The notes under the pieces are model-generated. The model saw only the letters and a program-made list of their open reading frames with translations. It was not told where the DNA came from and made no database searches. DNA of 60,416 bases, filler included, from Sphacelaria rigidula (taxonomy: Eukaryota), in the NCBI GenBank assembly GCA_964200075.2. It is 8 parts of 8 records of this genome, joined end to end, with 100 filler letters (N's around TTAATTAATTAA, not from the genome) between each part and the next. Parts side by side here need not be neighbours in the genome. Positions count along the whole stretch, not along the records: positions 22,696 to 30,160 come from CAXNAA020014810.1; positions 30,261 to 37,725 come from CAXNAA020014811.1; positions 37,826 to 45,289 come from CAXNAA020014812.1; 5 more parts are not named here. The stretch is one strand, 5' to 3'. Below, piece after piece: positions 25,700 to 38,026 of the stretch. Each line of letters begins with the position of its first letter. Positions within the stretch are counted from its first letter, which is position 1. The position numbers were made by a program, and so were the translations under genes.

Positions 25700-28600
25700 T
25701 CAAAACGCGAATTCGTCGTCGTGGTCTTTGCCCGCTTCCGATGCCGAATCCTCTTCCTCTGAGTCGCTACACTCGGAGTCCGAATCTCCAAGCCAGATCC
25801 CGGCTGAATGCTTCGATCCGCCCTCTGATGGACCATCTAGACCGCCGTCGCAACGACTGCAACTGGTAGGATCTGGTCCCGAATACGATTTCCCTTCCGC
25901 TACCCTCGCCATCCTCTCGCCATCTCGTCGTCAGCACTCCTTACCACGACTACTATCAACACCTGCCCCCGGGGCCTTCCTCACTCCATTCGCCTGCCCC
26001 CCGCCACGCAAAGCCGCTGACCCGCCCCTTCCACGGTTCGCCGTGGATCCGCCCCTCCCCTTACGAAGTTGCTCCGTCTCGAAAGGGATGCGTGGTCAAT
26101 GGTCAAACGACTAAGGCAAGCGACAAATGAGTACGCCCCCCCCTTACGAAGTCGGCGGGACGTATCGACATATCCTCCGCCGGAATCACCTGCAGCAGTT
26201 GCGTTGGTCGCTGGGTCAGGGGTGGCGGCAAAAAGCAGCGGCCCTGGCAACCGCAGCTCAGCGTACAATTCCCCAGACATCTGCAATCTCGGCGCCGGTG
26301 ACGTCTTTGCGCCGCCCTTTCCGGCTTGCACGCGCATCTCAGGGTTCGCACAATCCCGGATGTATCGACATACGTGTGGCTTGACGAGTATACAGCTATG
26401 TTGTCCCATGTAAGCTCCACCGCCCCTCTGCTCGCCGCCTTTACCCCACCCTTGTGGTGAGTCTTTTTTTCTGGTTCAACGCCCCATTTGCGCCCGTTGA
26501 AGTTCACTGTGGGCACGCTCAAAGCCCCCCCCCCCCCAGTATTTCAATACTGCGTCGGCCTTATCCACGTGCTTCTGGCAGGCGTCCAAGTCTTGTTCAC
26601 GAAAGACTCCAGATTATGCCCTGTCGTGGTGAAGAGATATCCAGGGTCCGCGGCGACTTGCGCAAATACGTTTTCGTACCTGAAGAAAAAAATCGTTGCC
26701 AGTAGCTTGACCCCCTCGTCCACCTCCGCCCTCGCCTTATCCTCGTCGATCACCACTATCGCTTTCGTGAACAGATTCGGCGTTCTCAGTGCCTTCAGAA
26801 CGAATTCCCACATCTTGGGGAAGGGAATCCCGGATACACGCGGCAGGAAGTCGCAGCCAGCCAATAGATAGATGAAAACGAACAGCACCACCTTTACAGG
26901 ATGCGTCAGCCAATCATACAGTCCGTCGGGAGGCCACGCACTTTCGCTATCGTCCCTCAGAGTCACGATTCCGCGGTACACCCTGTTCACCATTATGTAC
27001 CGGGGGCCTCCGTTCACAATGCATTTGACAGTCACCTGCACCGCGTTGGAGCCTTGGGGCTCGATATGCCCGCAGGACATGGCCAACAGGACAAGTATCC
27101 ACTGATCAGTATCAGTGGAAGTCACGAGCTATTTCTTCAAATGCTTCTGAAATAAAGTCCCGGAGTGAATGATAAAGTGCACTGCGGACATCTCCCCCTC
27201 ACCTATGCCGGGTCCGACTGCGCTTTGGATGCTCCGGTCAGGCCCCTTGCCATCACGCCACCACAACAGATGGGGTTGCAAGTCACCAATTGAATGGTGC
27301 CCCCCCCCCGCACGTGGTGATTATGGTTCTGCTGCCGCCGCTGTGTCCACGCTCCCGCTCTCTGATGACACCGCGAGAGACGACGGTGGAGTTGTCGAGA
27401 CCCCGCCGTCGGCGCCGACACCAGCGCGTGGCGCCGTTCTCGGCGCCGCCGTCGCCTCACCTGTTCCCCTGCCTGTCACCACCTCAAGATATGTCCGCGG
27501 GGGCGCCCTGGCCAGATCGCTGCAATCGACACCTCCGCCGGCCGCAGCTGCCGCCACCCGCGGCACCGCCGTTCTCCCCCTCCCCCCCCGCCCCGACCGA
27601 TGCCGCCGCTGAATTGCACCCACTGGCCCCCATCGAAACACTATCGCCGTAACCACTCGCACTCGACGTCTCTACCGCCGTTTCCGTGTCCACCGCCCCT
27701 CCCGGCAGCTCGCCCATCACCACTGTTGCATCCCACTGCTGGGCTCCACCCCCCTCTGTGCGTCCAAGAGCATCGGCGCGTCCCACCGCATATGCCATAA
27801 TCGCCGCCGGTGTCGCGGCCCCTCCTTCGACCGGTAACACCGCCGCCGCCGTCACCGCCACTTCTTCCGCTGCCACCGCCACCAACGCTTCTTCCACCGC
27901 TTCTTCCACCGCCGCAAACACCACTGCCATTTCTTCCACCGGAAGCCTTGGCGTGGAGCCGCTTCGGCCGGGCGGTATTTCACTACCGTACGTCAATATC
28001 AAGGGTCCATAGTGATTTTCGACCAATACTCGCTCGAAAACACCGCTAGCCAGATAGTTTCTCGCCTGCTTGCTGTTTCCCCGCAGCCAATTCTGGAAGC
28101 CTGACCCGCGGGGCAGGGCCTTGGTCGATGTGGGACGGGATGTCGTCTGACCCTTTCGCATCTTTTCTGTCCGCCCTCGCTGCTCACGGGCTTTGATTCT
28201 TCCCACGGCATCGGGGTCGTCGTGAGCAACTATCAATGACTCGGTCCCGGCGTCGGTCCATTCAGTATGCACCTTGTCGACATGGTAGCTTTCCACGGCT
28301 GGATAACCGCCCTCAGTCGCGGCCTGAGGAGGTTCGCGGTGGACCTCCGTCGCGTAGTCGACGGCATGACCCTGAGCTACGTAGAACGGGTCGAGCTGCT
28401 CGGCATCGGGGCAGGCGGATCGTATCCACTGATTCGCGACGCTCTTGTTGGAATGCCCTAAACCTGTAGGCAACGTGGGGGTGCGGTGATAAGAGAAAAG
28501 NNNNNNNNNNNNNNNNNNNNNNNNNNNNNNNNNNNNNNNNNNNNNNNNNNNNNNNNNNNNNNNNNNNNNNNNNNNNNNNNNNNNNNNNNNNNNNNNNNNN

Positions 28601-29200
28601 NNNNNNNNNNNNNNNNNNNNNNNNNNNNNNNNNNNNNNNNNNNNNNNNNNNNNNNNNNNNNNNNNNNNNNNNNNNNNNNNNNNNNNNNNNNNNNNNATCA
28701 CTACAAATATGTGCGAAAGCATCCGGCACTAGTGTACTGACGGTAAAAAAATCCCCAGGGTCAGACACAGCCAAACTGCAAGTTGCCTACGGCCGAGTGC
28801 GATGTGAATGTGCTCGTTTCCCGGTATTGTGTCCACTGCAACTCTGGTCAGCATGAGGTATTCCTCTCACCTCCGTTGGAATTGAGAATGCTGAATGGGA
28901 CGGACCCCCCGAGTTTAAGAAGTACCCTCTCCTTCTCCTCCTGGGAAATTTCGGGCGCCCCCACAATCCCTCTCAAAGCGGTCAGCAGCTCCTGCGTGTA
29001 CATGGTGTTGTTCTTGGTGTTGGACTTCAACGTCGACTTCCGGCCTTGAGTCGCCGTCGGTGTGGTTGTTGTGTTCTTTGGCGGGATGGTATATACCTTC
29101 TGCTTCGTTGCCCCCTTCTTGGTCTTGTCGCCCAACACGTAACACGCGATGTTGTCCTCCAGCTTTTTCTGTGACACGTCGGAGCAAGACAAAATGACAC
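25700..29200 (-). pseudogene. Decayed FEN1/XPG/XRN-like (PIN-fold) nuclease + CXC-domain gene, likely transposon-borne
   Basis: Ordered motifs on the minus strand: AVDY...IVAHDD...IKAREQRGR (27484-28722 frame); GIGEGEMSAVHFI...*LVTSTDTDQWILVLL (one in-frame TAG at 27129-27131); LLAGCDFLPRVSGI; KWG; RCACK...DCRCLGNCTLSCGCQGRC; acidic tail ending DDEFAF*. Contains frameshifts and an N gap at 28501-28696. Confidence 0.65.
26070..26143 (+). mobile_element. ~75-bp C-tailed short interspersed element, copy 2
   Basis: Same consensus as 14168; perfect flanking repeat CCCCTTACGAAGT at 26057-26069 and 26140-26152. Confidence 0.9.
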
Positions 29201-30160
29201 ATCGGTTCGACTCGTGCGCCGGTGTGACCGTCGGCGATGTCCCTCACATTTTCCACCGGTGCTGCACATTCGGCGTGCGTCAGGGAAGATCCACTTTCGA
29301 CCGCGGATGTGGCATGTGTCGGTCGAGATGGAGGCGACAATGGTGCAGACACTTCATTACCTGCCCGGAATAGACGGGAAAATGATAGATTGACGCAACG
29401 TATCAGTCGTGTAGTCTTATTTGTTTTTAGATTGCAAAAGACACGGGTTCGTGTGAAATGATGATATCCCGGAACGTGGGCATCCTCAATTTAGTTCAAA
29501 TATCACAGTCATCAGCGGGAACAAGAGGAAAGCAATCAGATGAGCTGGGTCTTCAGCACCTCTATTTCGCACGGTGATAGTGCAAGAGGGGTATCGGGGT
29601 GCTCTTACCTCGAGACCGATTGCGGTGCCGTATTTCATGTTCGGTCTGCCCCGGCCGGCGTCTCAAAAGTGCTCCAGACGTTGCACCCCAACCGTGAGTC
29701 TTGGGGATCTTCCACATCTACGGTCAGCGAATGCGCGTGGGAGTGGATGCGTGTAGGACCATACGTCGATTATTTTTATTATAGGTATCTTCAATCGTGC
29801 GGTTATCATGCTGTACTGTCCAACGATAACGGGGTTTTGGTTGCCGCGCCATCTAATGTCATGATCCTGCATGTGATCGTCGTACTGATGTACTGTCCAA
29901 GTTCACAACTCGAAATCTGTGTCGTTCATGAGTCTGATAATCTCGCTCCACGGAGGAGGTCGTCCGAACCCGAGTGCAGGATTCCAACATGCCATCGATG
30001 CGCAATAAAAAGGCGCCATGTGGGATCAATACTTTTCTTCATGGAGTACCTACCCCGCAGAATCACACATGACCCACGGCCGCATGTCGCTCATCGTGAA
30101 TGCGGGTGGCTTCGACAAGACCGTGACATAACTACAACGGTACTGTACACACTGTTTCTT

Positions 30161-30260
30161 NNNNNNNNNNNNNNNNNNNNNNNNNNNNNNNNNNNNNNNN
30201 NNNNTTAATTAATTAANNNNNNNNNNNNNNNNNNNNNNNNNNNNNNNNNNNNNNNNNNNN
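30161..30260. other. Artificial scaffold linker 4
   Basis: Same 100-bp linker. Confidence 0.98.
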
Positions 30261-31712
30261 AGCCACCCACGCTACTTTGAGGGGCATGGGTTTTGTAGGG
30301 CGTTTCCCGACATGTCGTGTATCTACCTTGACCGGCGTCCATGGATTATCTAGATGGAGCACAAGCTGTTGAGGGGAGGGGGTTTTTCGCCCGGATGGCC
30401 GGGTTTCCCACTTGAAATCTTTTTTTCTTTTTTGAGAGGAAAAGCCACGACGACTGATGTACCAGTTCAGAGGGAGTGTTCATGTGAACAGGTACACTGA
30501 GTGAACATGCACACGTGCGGATAGATTAATGCGGACGTGCGGGTACTGGTAGTCAAGTGTGTTTGTGACTACAGTACCCCGCTCATGCCAGCTACCAAGC
30601 AGCCATGAGCCTTACTCTCAACATCTGATCCCTCAGTCATAGGGTCAACTCAGTCTAGGCACTCTCCAATAATACAAAAGACAAAACTATCTTTCCTTCG
30701 CCAAGGGCCATGGAATACATCCCTCTCGCGCTATAGCATTGGCCCGCGAACGAGGGTGCGCGATTTCTCAGTAGATGGTACCATACCAGTGCGCGTCTGG
30801 TCTTAAAGTACATAGCCACGGTCAGGGAGCCATGACCATACTACGTTCACTATCGTCTCTTCCCGTCCTCTCTGTAAAGTCAATTGGCGTTAGGCCAAGC
30901 AAATGCTGTGGTTGGGGACTACGTGGGAAGCGTTCATGCTTCCCATTTTTTATTTTCCTCTCTTCGTGACCTTGAAGTTCAGCAGCTTCGGAGCGAGCCG
31001 TTACTGCTAGTACCATTCACTTCTTCCTGTTCCTTTTGTTCTGAGTCGAACGAGATTGTCATGGCGCACAGTGATGAGAACATCCAAGGGGTGCTGAGGT
31101 TCTGTCAGCGATTCGACGGCAGAGACAAAGCTAGTTTCAGGGAGAATAAAGACGAACTCTGCGTCATAGGTTCACTTCATCAGCAGGCGGTAGCCGATAT
31201 ATCCCTCAAGGCCAGCCGACGTCAGATACCACCCTGATCGGCAACGACACGTCACTTCGTGATGCGGTAGCTCCGACGGCAAGGAGCCTTGCTAGTCACG
31301 ATTCGTTCAGCATTTTGTTTGGTAGGACAGAACTGTCTGCGCATGTCGCCGTTCAACGACATATGAGCGAGACGTACGAGGGTGAGATCGGCAACGGGAT
31401 AGCGATGTGGGTAGCGTTGGGAAAAATAGGAAAATATGTGAGGCACGGAAGGAGTGCCACGAGAGGCTACACATCACCATGACGCAGTCAGGAAATGATC
31501 CGGACGATTCCCTCTACATCATGGACGGATACCGCGACGGAATTGAGGAAACGGACGAGCTGATACCTGATGAACGTTACGAGTATATTGTTCCCTGAGC
31601 CCTCCCTGCCGCGTATGAGAGGGTCCGTATTGAAAGTTGCAAGAAACGCAATTTTAGTTTGACGGACAATCGGCATATCGTCAGCACCATGTATGTCGAC
31701 TCCCTTCCACCC

Positions 31713-33151
31713 TGTGACACCAGCAGGTTGCTAGTACCGCAGCGTCTAATGCTGTCGAGGGACTCCCCAGTTCCACTGGCCTCAGGTTTCAGTTGTTAGC
31801 CTTCACAAGACCTTTTATTATCCTGGAGTGACCTTCCACGGCACCCATCTAGACACGCCAGGGTGTCAACTTAGTGTCCCCGGTCATCACCCAGATCATC
31901 ACTACCAACGTTCATTATCCATATAATCACTACCAACTCAACGTACGGTGTATTTTCGTCACAGCGTGAAAACGCGTTGGAGGGGGGTAGGCACGAGTTG
32001 CACCATGGAAACCATCTGATGTCTTACCGCACCCCCCGCATTCGCATACTCCACCCGTTTCTTGTATTTCAGAATAAACCGAACGAGAAGCAAACTCAGA
32101 ATACGATTTCCCGTAACTGGGAGGCCGCAACTCTTCTCTCAGAACAACTGGAGTTACAGTCGTCTCCGCTGGCTCTATTGCCGGTTCCGAGCGGACCTAG
32201 TCGAAGGCTTCTGAACCTTCTCGAACTCCACAGTTCACACCCGCCTTCGTCGCCGCTTCACACAGCCGTGGGGTCCTATAAACTCCCGCTGCACGCAGCT
32301 CCGGTAGGTCTCCAGTCTGGATCAATCATGGGCCAGCCGCATTTGCAGCTATCTCGGCTTGAACCCTTCTCACGCGTCCGTCAAGCAATTTGTCCAAAGC
32401 TGTCCACACTCCTTTCTGCTGAAAACATTCCAGCAGTCACTAGCGATAGCAAACAGCCTCAGTCCGTTTTTGAGGTTCAACATTTTAATGATTTTCAACT
32501 CGAAAACAGTGCTTTCCCTGACCTAAAGTCATGACCAATGCATTTCACATGGACGACCTTATGCCCCCCGACCTCCTTGACACTATCTTGGGGGTTGCCC
32601 GTCTTCCGTGCCCCCAAAGCGTATGTGCGAAAGCACCTTTTCGCCTCGATATCGGGGCGGGAAAGGGCAATTGGTGCTCTCGCATATACACTTTGGGGCC
32701 ACGAAAGACGGGCAAACCCCGAAAATAGTTTTAAGGAGGTCGGGGGGCATGAGGTCGTCGATATGAAATTCATGGGTCATGACTTTAGGTCAGGGAAAGC
32801 ACTGTTTTGGAGTTGAAACTCATTAAAATGTTGAACCTCAAAAACGGATCCAGGCTCTTAGCACTGCTAGCACGACTAACACTACCACTAATATTGATAT
32901 TGTGACGCCAGCAGGTTGCTAGTACTGCAGCGTCTAATGATGTTGAGGGACTCCCCAGTTTCACTGGCCTCAGGTTTCAGTTGTTAGCCTTCACAACACT
33001 TTTTATTATCCTGGAGTGACCTTACACGGCACCCATCTAGACACGCCAGGGTGTCAACCTAGTGTCCCTGGACATCACCCAGATCATCACTACCAACGTT
33101 CATTATCCATATAATCACTACCAACTCAACGTACGGCGTATTTTCGTCACA
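31713..33151. mobile_element. Non-autonomous two-LTR mini-element (TRIM-like) inserted in the Copia gag
   Basis: 251-bp direct repeats TGTGAC...GTCACA at 31713-31963 and 32901-33151 (about 12 differences by eye); flanks ACCC / GCCC; Copia gag resumes immediately after. Confidence 0.85.
32455..32856. mobile_element. ~400-bp palindromic foldback element nested in the TRIM-like element
   Basis: Arms pair almost to the centre (~32650), e.g. AAAACAGTGCTTTCCCTGACCTAAAGTCATGACC / GGTCATGACTTTAGGTCAGGGAAAGCACTGTTTT. Confidence 0.9.
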
Positions 33152-34069
33152 GCCCGGACGCCGCAAACTTGGTCGTCGCAGGTCGTGGCGTTGCTACGCA
33201 GGGAAGCGGGAGAAACGACAGCGGTAGCAAGAGCGGTATTAAATGCTTTTTTTGGGTGAGGTGAGATCATATCAAGAGAGATTCTGCCGGTTGGAAAGCG
33301 GTCCAACTGACGAACAGAGGAGGCGACAAAGCGAATGGCGGAGGCGGCAAGTCCCAATGGTGTTCACTCCACATGATGAGCAATCACTACGAAGAGGAAT
33401 CTGTGTCCTTCAGAGGCAGAACAGTGAGAACGTGAGCGCAAACCTCGCCAGTCAGTGGTTAGGCTACCCGGCGGTCCTCGGCGCAGGTGAGCCGCCTTCG
33501 GCCATCGTCTTCAACACGGTGGAAGCGCTGAACACGAACAGTCCCACGGAAGTGAGGGATATCTGGCCGTTCACTCCAACCAACGAATCAGTTGCTTCGT
33601 TCGACAACAGTGGGCTATCCGAAGCCTTTGGGAGGGTCGACGGCGAGGAGGCTGGGGTCTCAGCTCCTATAACGGAAGATGAGTCAGTCGAGGGACTGGA
33701 GCTTCGGGGCAGAGCCATGAATAGCATTCTGGTGATCAACGGGGCGCAGTCCACCCTAGCCCGTTCATTGGTGATGATGGCAGTAGTACGTGACGTTTGA
33801 CTAACATGCCGTAGCTAGTTGTACCACGGAGTAATGTCGAACAGCAATAGCCAGCTTGGAATGTTTAGCGGCATCACCATTGTGGAGGATAGGTTGGACC
33901 GACCGTAAGAGAGTGAAATGTGGTCGCTGCGATACCATCCCCTCCAAAAACTCCCCTCAACGTGCACAGAAATCTCCTCTGGAGAGGGGATTTCAGGAAG
34001 TGCAAAAACACTTCCTATAAATCTCTTTTCAAAAGGGGATTCCCGGACACCTCGAAGGGCAATATACGC

Positions 34070-34206
34070 GCACCTAGCCACAGCTGCTCAACTGCTGCGG
34101 TCATTTGGGGGGGAAGATGGCTTCGCTCGGTCGCTAGTGTTTCGGGTCTTCCGCGCAAGAGAGAAATGCCACTTCAACCCCATTTCAGAGATCAACCCCA
34201 AATTTA
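34070..34206 (+). repeat. Dispersed repeat, copy 2, within non-Copia sequence between the Copia protease and integrase
   Basis: Matches 3410-3545. Confidence 0.85.
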
Positions 34207-37200
34207 AAATCGGCTGTTAAGTCGTGGTTACATAGAGTACACCGTCCTTGGCTTTCAAGAGTAATATCCGTCGACTTGATTTACTCAAAATATTCCGCGG
34301 TATGGCCAGCTAGTGATGGTTGAGAGTTCGTGCCCCGATCCGGGGGAAAATGTCACGTCGAAGAAGTGTGCCGACGCCCAACGGTACACCATCACACTGA
34401 CGGTATTTTCTAGCCGTTCGTACAATGGGTGGTTATTCCTGGCGAAGTTCATGTCCAGCGACGACGGGCTGATATAGGGTGCGAGTTCATTGGCAATGGA
34501 TTCAAGGGCTACTGCCATCGGACAGGAGGAGTATTGCTGAAGTACGCCAGCACGAAGATGCCACAACAAATAGGCCTATCCTCACCCGTTGGGAGAATGC
34601 TCGCAGCTAGGGTCCGGTGGATGCTCGCCGACAGTGGACGGCCAACCTTCCTCTGGAGGAAATTGATGTTCATGGCGGCGTATCTTGCAAACAGAGCATC
34701 GCATTCCGCGCTCGACACGCATTTTCAATGCAGTACATAAGGGGACGGAACCAGATCTACGATATCTCTGCATGATTGGAGCGAGGGCTTTTGTACATGT
34801 CGAGAGGCGCACCCGAAAAACTCGCTCTCAAGCTAGCTAAAATCTGATGGGTTGGGTACTACGACGACAGCAAGAATCACCTCGTTTACGCCCCGACCAC
34901 CCGACGTATCATGGAGAGCAGGAGCATCGCCTTCATCTAGACGCCATCACGTCTTGTGCCCCTGTGGGAGCCACAGCTTCTGATACATCAGCTTCCACCT
35001 CGCGACGAGGCGCTTGGCCACAGAGAGTGTCACAGCTACACCACCGACGACGGCTTTCTGCGCAACCTTCGCGACCACACCTTCGTACGAGCTCAACCGG
35101 CCTGTGTCTCTACCCATCATGTCACTACCAGCGGGGTCTCGAGCAATCTACAGGTGAATGATTTTCTCGAGAGAAGCAGCACCATCACCAGGAGGAATAT
35201 GATAGGAGACGATTCCCAGTCTCACTGAGGGACGCTGTTAGCATGAGCCGAAGGGCAGTGAACCGCCGGAGCAACCCGTGAAACCTCCGTAGGACGAGGT
35301 TGGCGACCCGATGGAGATACCACCAGCCGGATCACCGCCGCTCCAACATTTTCAGCACTCGTGCCACAAAGTAACGTCAGCGTTGACACCTGCAGGTATT
35401 CCAGCGCGCTCCTTCGGTGAGCAGAATACCACCTACAGCCCCGCTTTCACTCATCTTGAAGCGATCACCGACGACAACACTCTCTGCGAGCTGCGGCGGC
35501 TGGGACTCGCAGCCATCGCGCTCCTGCTGGATACCGTGCATATAGACGCATGAAGCAGAATCCATTGTGGAGAATGCCTGCACAATGACAGGCTTCTCAA
35601 ACTATTCGGCGGGGGATAAGACTGAAAAAACCCCGAACACATTCATGGAGGTCATGAGCCTGCCGGAAAAGGAACACTGGAAGGCGGCCTTAGACAAAGG
35701 AATGGCAAGACTCGAGACCAACAACGTGTACACCCTTTCACCGGCTACCTCCGTCCCAACCTGGAAACGAGGTGATTGATTTTCTATAGGTCTACAACAG
35801 GGAAGTAGACAACTCCTCCAATGGTCAAACCGTCATTCTGGGCTGGGAGCAAGGCCCCGGCGTCGACTGCGGCAGGACGTTCCCTCCGGTTTGCAGGATT
35901 CAGAGGATCCACATGGTGTTTCCCATAACGACGGAGTACAACATAGAGTAATGGCAGCTAGACGACAAAAACTTCTTTTTGAATGAACTTGAGGAGGAAA
36001 TGTACGTAAAAATAGCGACAAGATACGAGGAGTTTGACACCAACGGAATTTCGATGGTAATAACGCTCCGAAAAAGTCTCTACGGCCTTCGTCAAGCCCC
36101 AAACTGCTGATGGGGTACGGTCGACAAACATCAGGCGAAGATCGGACCCCAGCGTATGATCCCCTCGGAGAGCGGTGATGTCTACATATTAGCCTTGTGC
36201 GTGGATGACGATACTACGAGGGAAAGAGCTCAAAGTGTTGGAGAAGATCAAGCGGAAACTGAAGGGACGTTTGTCGAATACCAACATGGGAGGCGTGTCG
36301 TTGTTGCTCGGATTGGAAGTTGCCCGTGACCGCAAGAGAAAGACGGATAGTATTCACGTGGAAAACCAGACCAAGCTGCAATCCAGTGTACACTCCCAGG
36401 GTGAGACAGGGACTCTCACCAGATCAGTGGCAGGAAAAGATAATGACCGGTGGGAGGCAAGCAGCGCTGCCAGGCCATCACGGACAGCGTTATGTACTTC
36501 GGACGGGTGACTCGCTAAGCGGCATTGAGTGCGCCGTTAATCAACTAGCGCAGGCTATGTCCAAATCGTTCACGGCACGCATGGCAGCCAACCCCCTACT
36601 CCGGTTTCTGACCGGGACGATGAACCACAAGATAGATGATGTAATAATCGGCTGCTTCAAGCTGACAAAGTTACCGACGCAAATTGGGTAGCAACCCGGA
36701 CAACTGGAAACCATATTTATCATACCTTGTCCTTCTTTCGCAACACTCAATCAGCTCGAAGGCGGGGCCACAAGGGCTGGTGGAGCAACCGATCATGAAA
36801 GCTGGAATCGCGACCGCAGCACGAACCGCGAAGGGTGCCGCATTTCGCTCGAACATGCTGCGCGAGCTGGACTTCTGTACGCGCGTCGACTGTGTTCCCG
36901 TCTACATCTACAGCACCTCAAGTTTTCAGGACGTTGAAACCGGACCCTCAACTCGCGAGTCAAGCTCACAGCTCCATGGTACTTCTTCATCCAGGAACTG
37001 ATCACGGAGGGAAGAATCAGCATTCATTTCGTCCAGAACGGGGGCCAAGTTGCTTGAGGAGTTCATGGAGTCAACGCTTCGTAACGTGGTGTGCTGTGTG
37101 AGATCAGGGGGCAACTATAGCAGCGTCTTCAGATTGGTGCATATGAAGTAGGAGATGGGGGGGAGTAGAACCATGGATCACCGCGGACTGTCACCGACAT

Positions 37201-37226
37201 ATCAGTCTGAAGTGTCAATCATAACA

Positions 37227-37446
37227 CGATAGCCCCGTAGAAAAGTGTTTGGTTTGAGGAATTAAAACCGACACGCAAACCAACACGACAAAAAATGAGC
37301 ACATCGGGCCGCTGGGAACTCCCATGCTTGGGATCGTTTCGCCAATATCGCCCATATGAGGTGCTTCCTGCAGTCTGAAACCAGCAATCATGCGCTGTAT
37401 GGCCACTGGATGTGTTGGACTGATTTTGTTTTTGAAAGGGGTATCG
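37227..37446 (-). mobile_element. Old inverted copy of the GATAGCCCC MITE family
   Basis: Reverse complement aligns with 3940-4170 and 4625-4848 (TGGCCATACAGCGC...TGGTTTCAGACTGCA...CCTCATATGGGCGA). Confidence 0.65.
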
Positions 37447-37725
37447 CGGCATCCCTCCTGTGACCTCCCTTGTGTACTCTTCTACAGACTGTACAACACA
37501 GTGCGGTGTTCTGGACGTCTCACCCGCAAGTGAGACCTTTAGCACAATCCTCTTTCTACACTCCTAGTACAGTGTAATTGATCATGGGAACGTCTCTTAG
37601 AGGATGAGCTCTGGACAGGGGAATGTGTCGTAACTTCTTCTGGTATTGAACTCGTATAAACAACAAATTGTGCGAACTGAGGTTTAACTCCGAGATGAGG
37701 TTCAAGCCTAAAACAGTGCTTTCCC

Positions 37726-37825
37726 NNNNNNNNNNNNNNNNNNNNNNNNNNNNNNNNNNNNNNNNNNNNTTAATTAATTAANNNNNNNNNNNNNNNNNNN
37801 NNNNNNNNNNNNNNNNNNNNNNNNN
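37726..37825. other. Artificial scaffold linker 5
   Basis: Same 100-bp linker. Confidence 0.98.
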
Positions 37826-38026
37826 CCCTCCTGATAAACGGGGTATCAAGTCCGTATCGCCCCAGAAACATCAACGTGAGCACTGCAGTTTGAGCGCGGC
37901 CTACGCTTTCTCCCTAAATCTACCGGCGCTAGCACTTTCAAGTAGAAGTGAAGAAGAACGGTACTCCAGAAAAACTCAGAAAAAAGGACAACTACGAATT
38001 CTGAAAACTTCTGATGCTGACTACTA
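37826..38026 (+). mobile_element. Right end of the Tc1/mariner-like MITE (truncated by the scaffold start)
   Basis: Close match to ~20099-20304; ends GCTGACTACTA|TA. Confidence 0.85.

Larger units (their letters stand above)
31061..37050 (+). mobile_element. Degenerate Ty1/Copia LTR retrotransposon (gag-PR-IN-RT-RH) with nested insertions
   Basis: gag (DPDDSLYIMD...DERYE; VAGRGVA plus decayed Zn knuckle IKCF...HIKRD), protease-like ILVINGA, integrase (RRRADIGCEF...PQQIG), RT (PNTFMEVMSLPEKEHWKAA; KSLYGLRQAP; CVDD), RNase H end (YFFIQELITEGRISIHFV). Many stops and frameshifts; its own LTRs were not identified. Confidence 0.9.
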
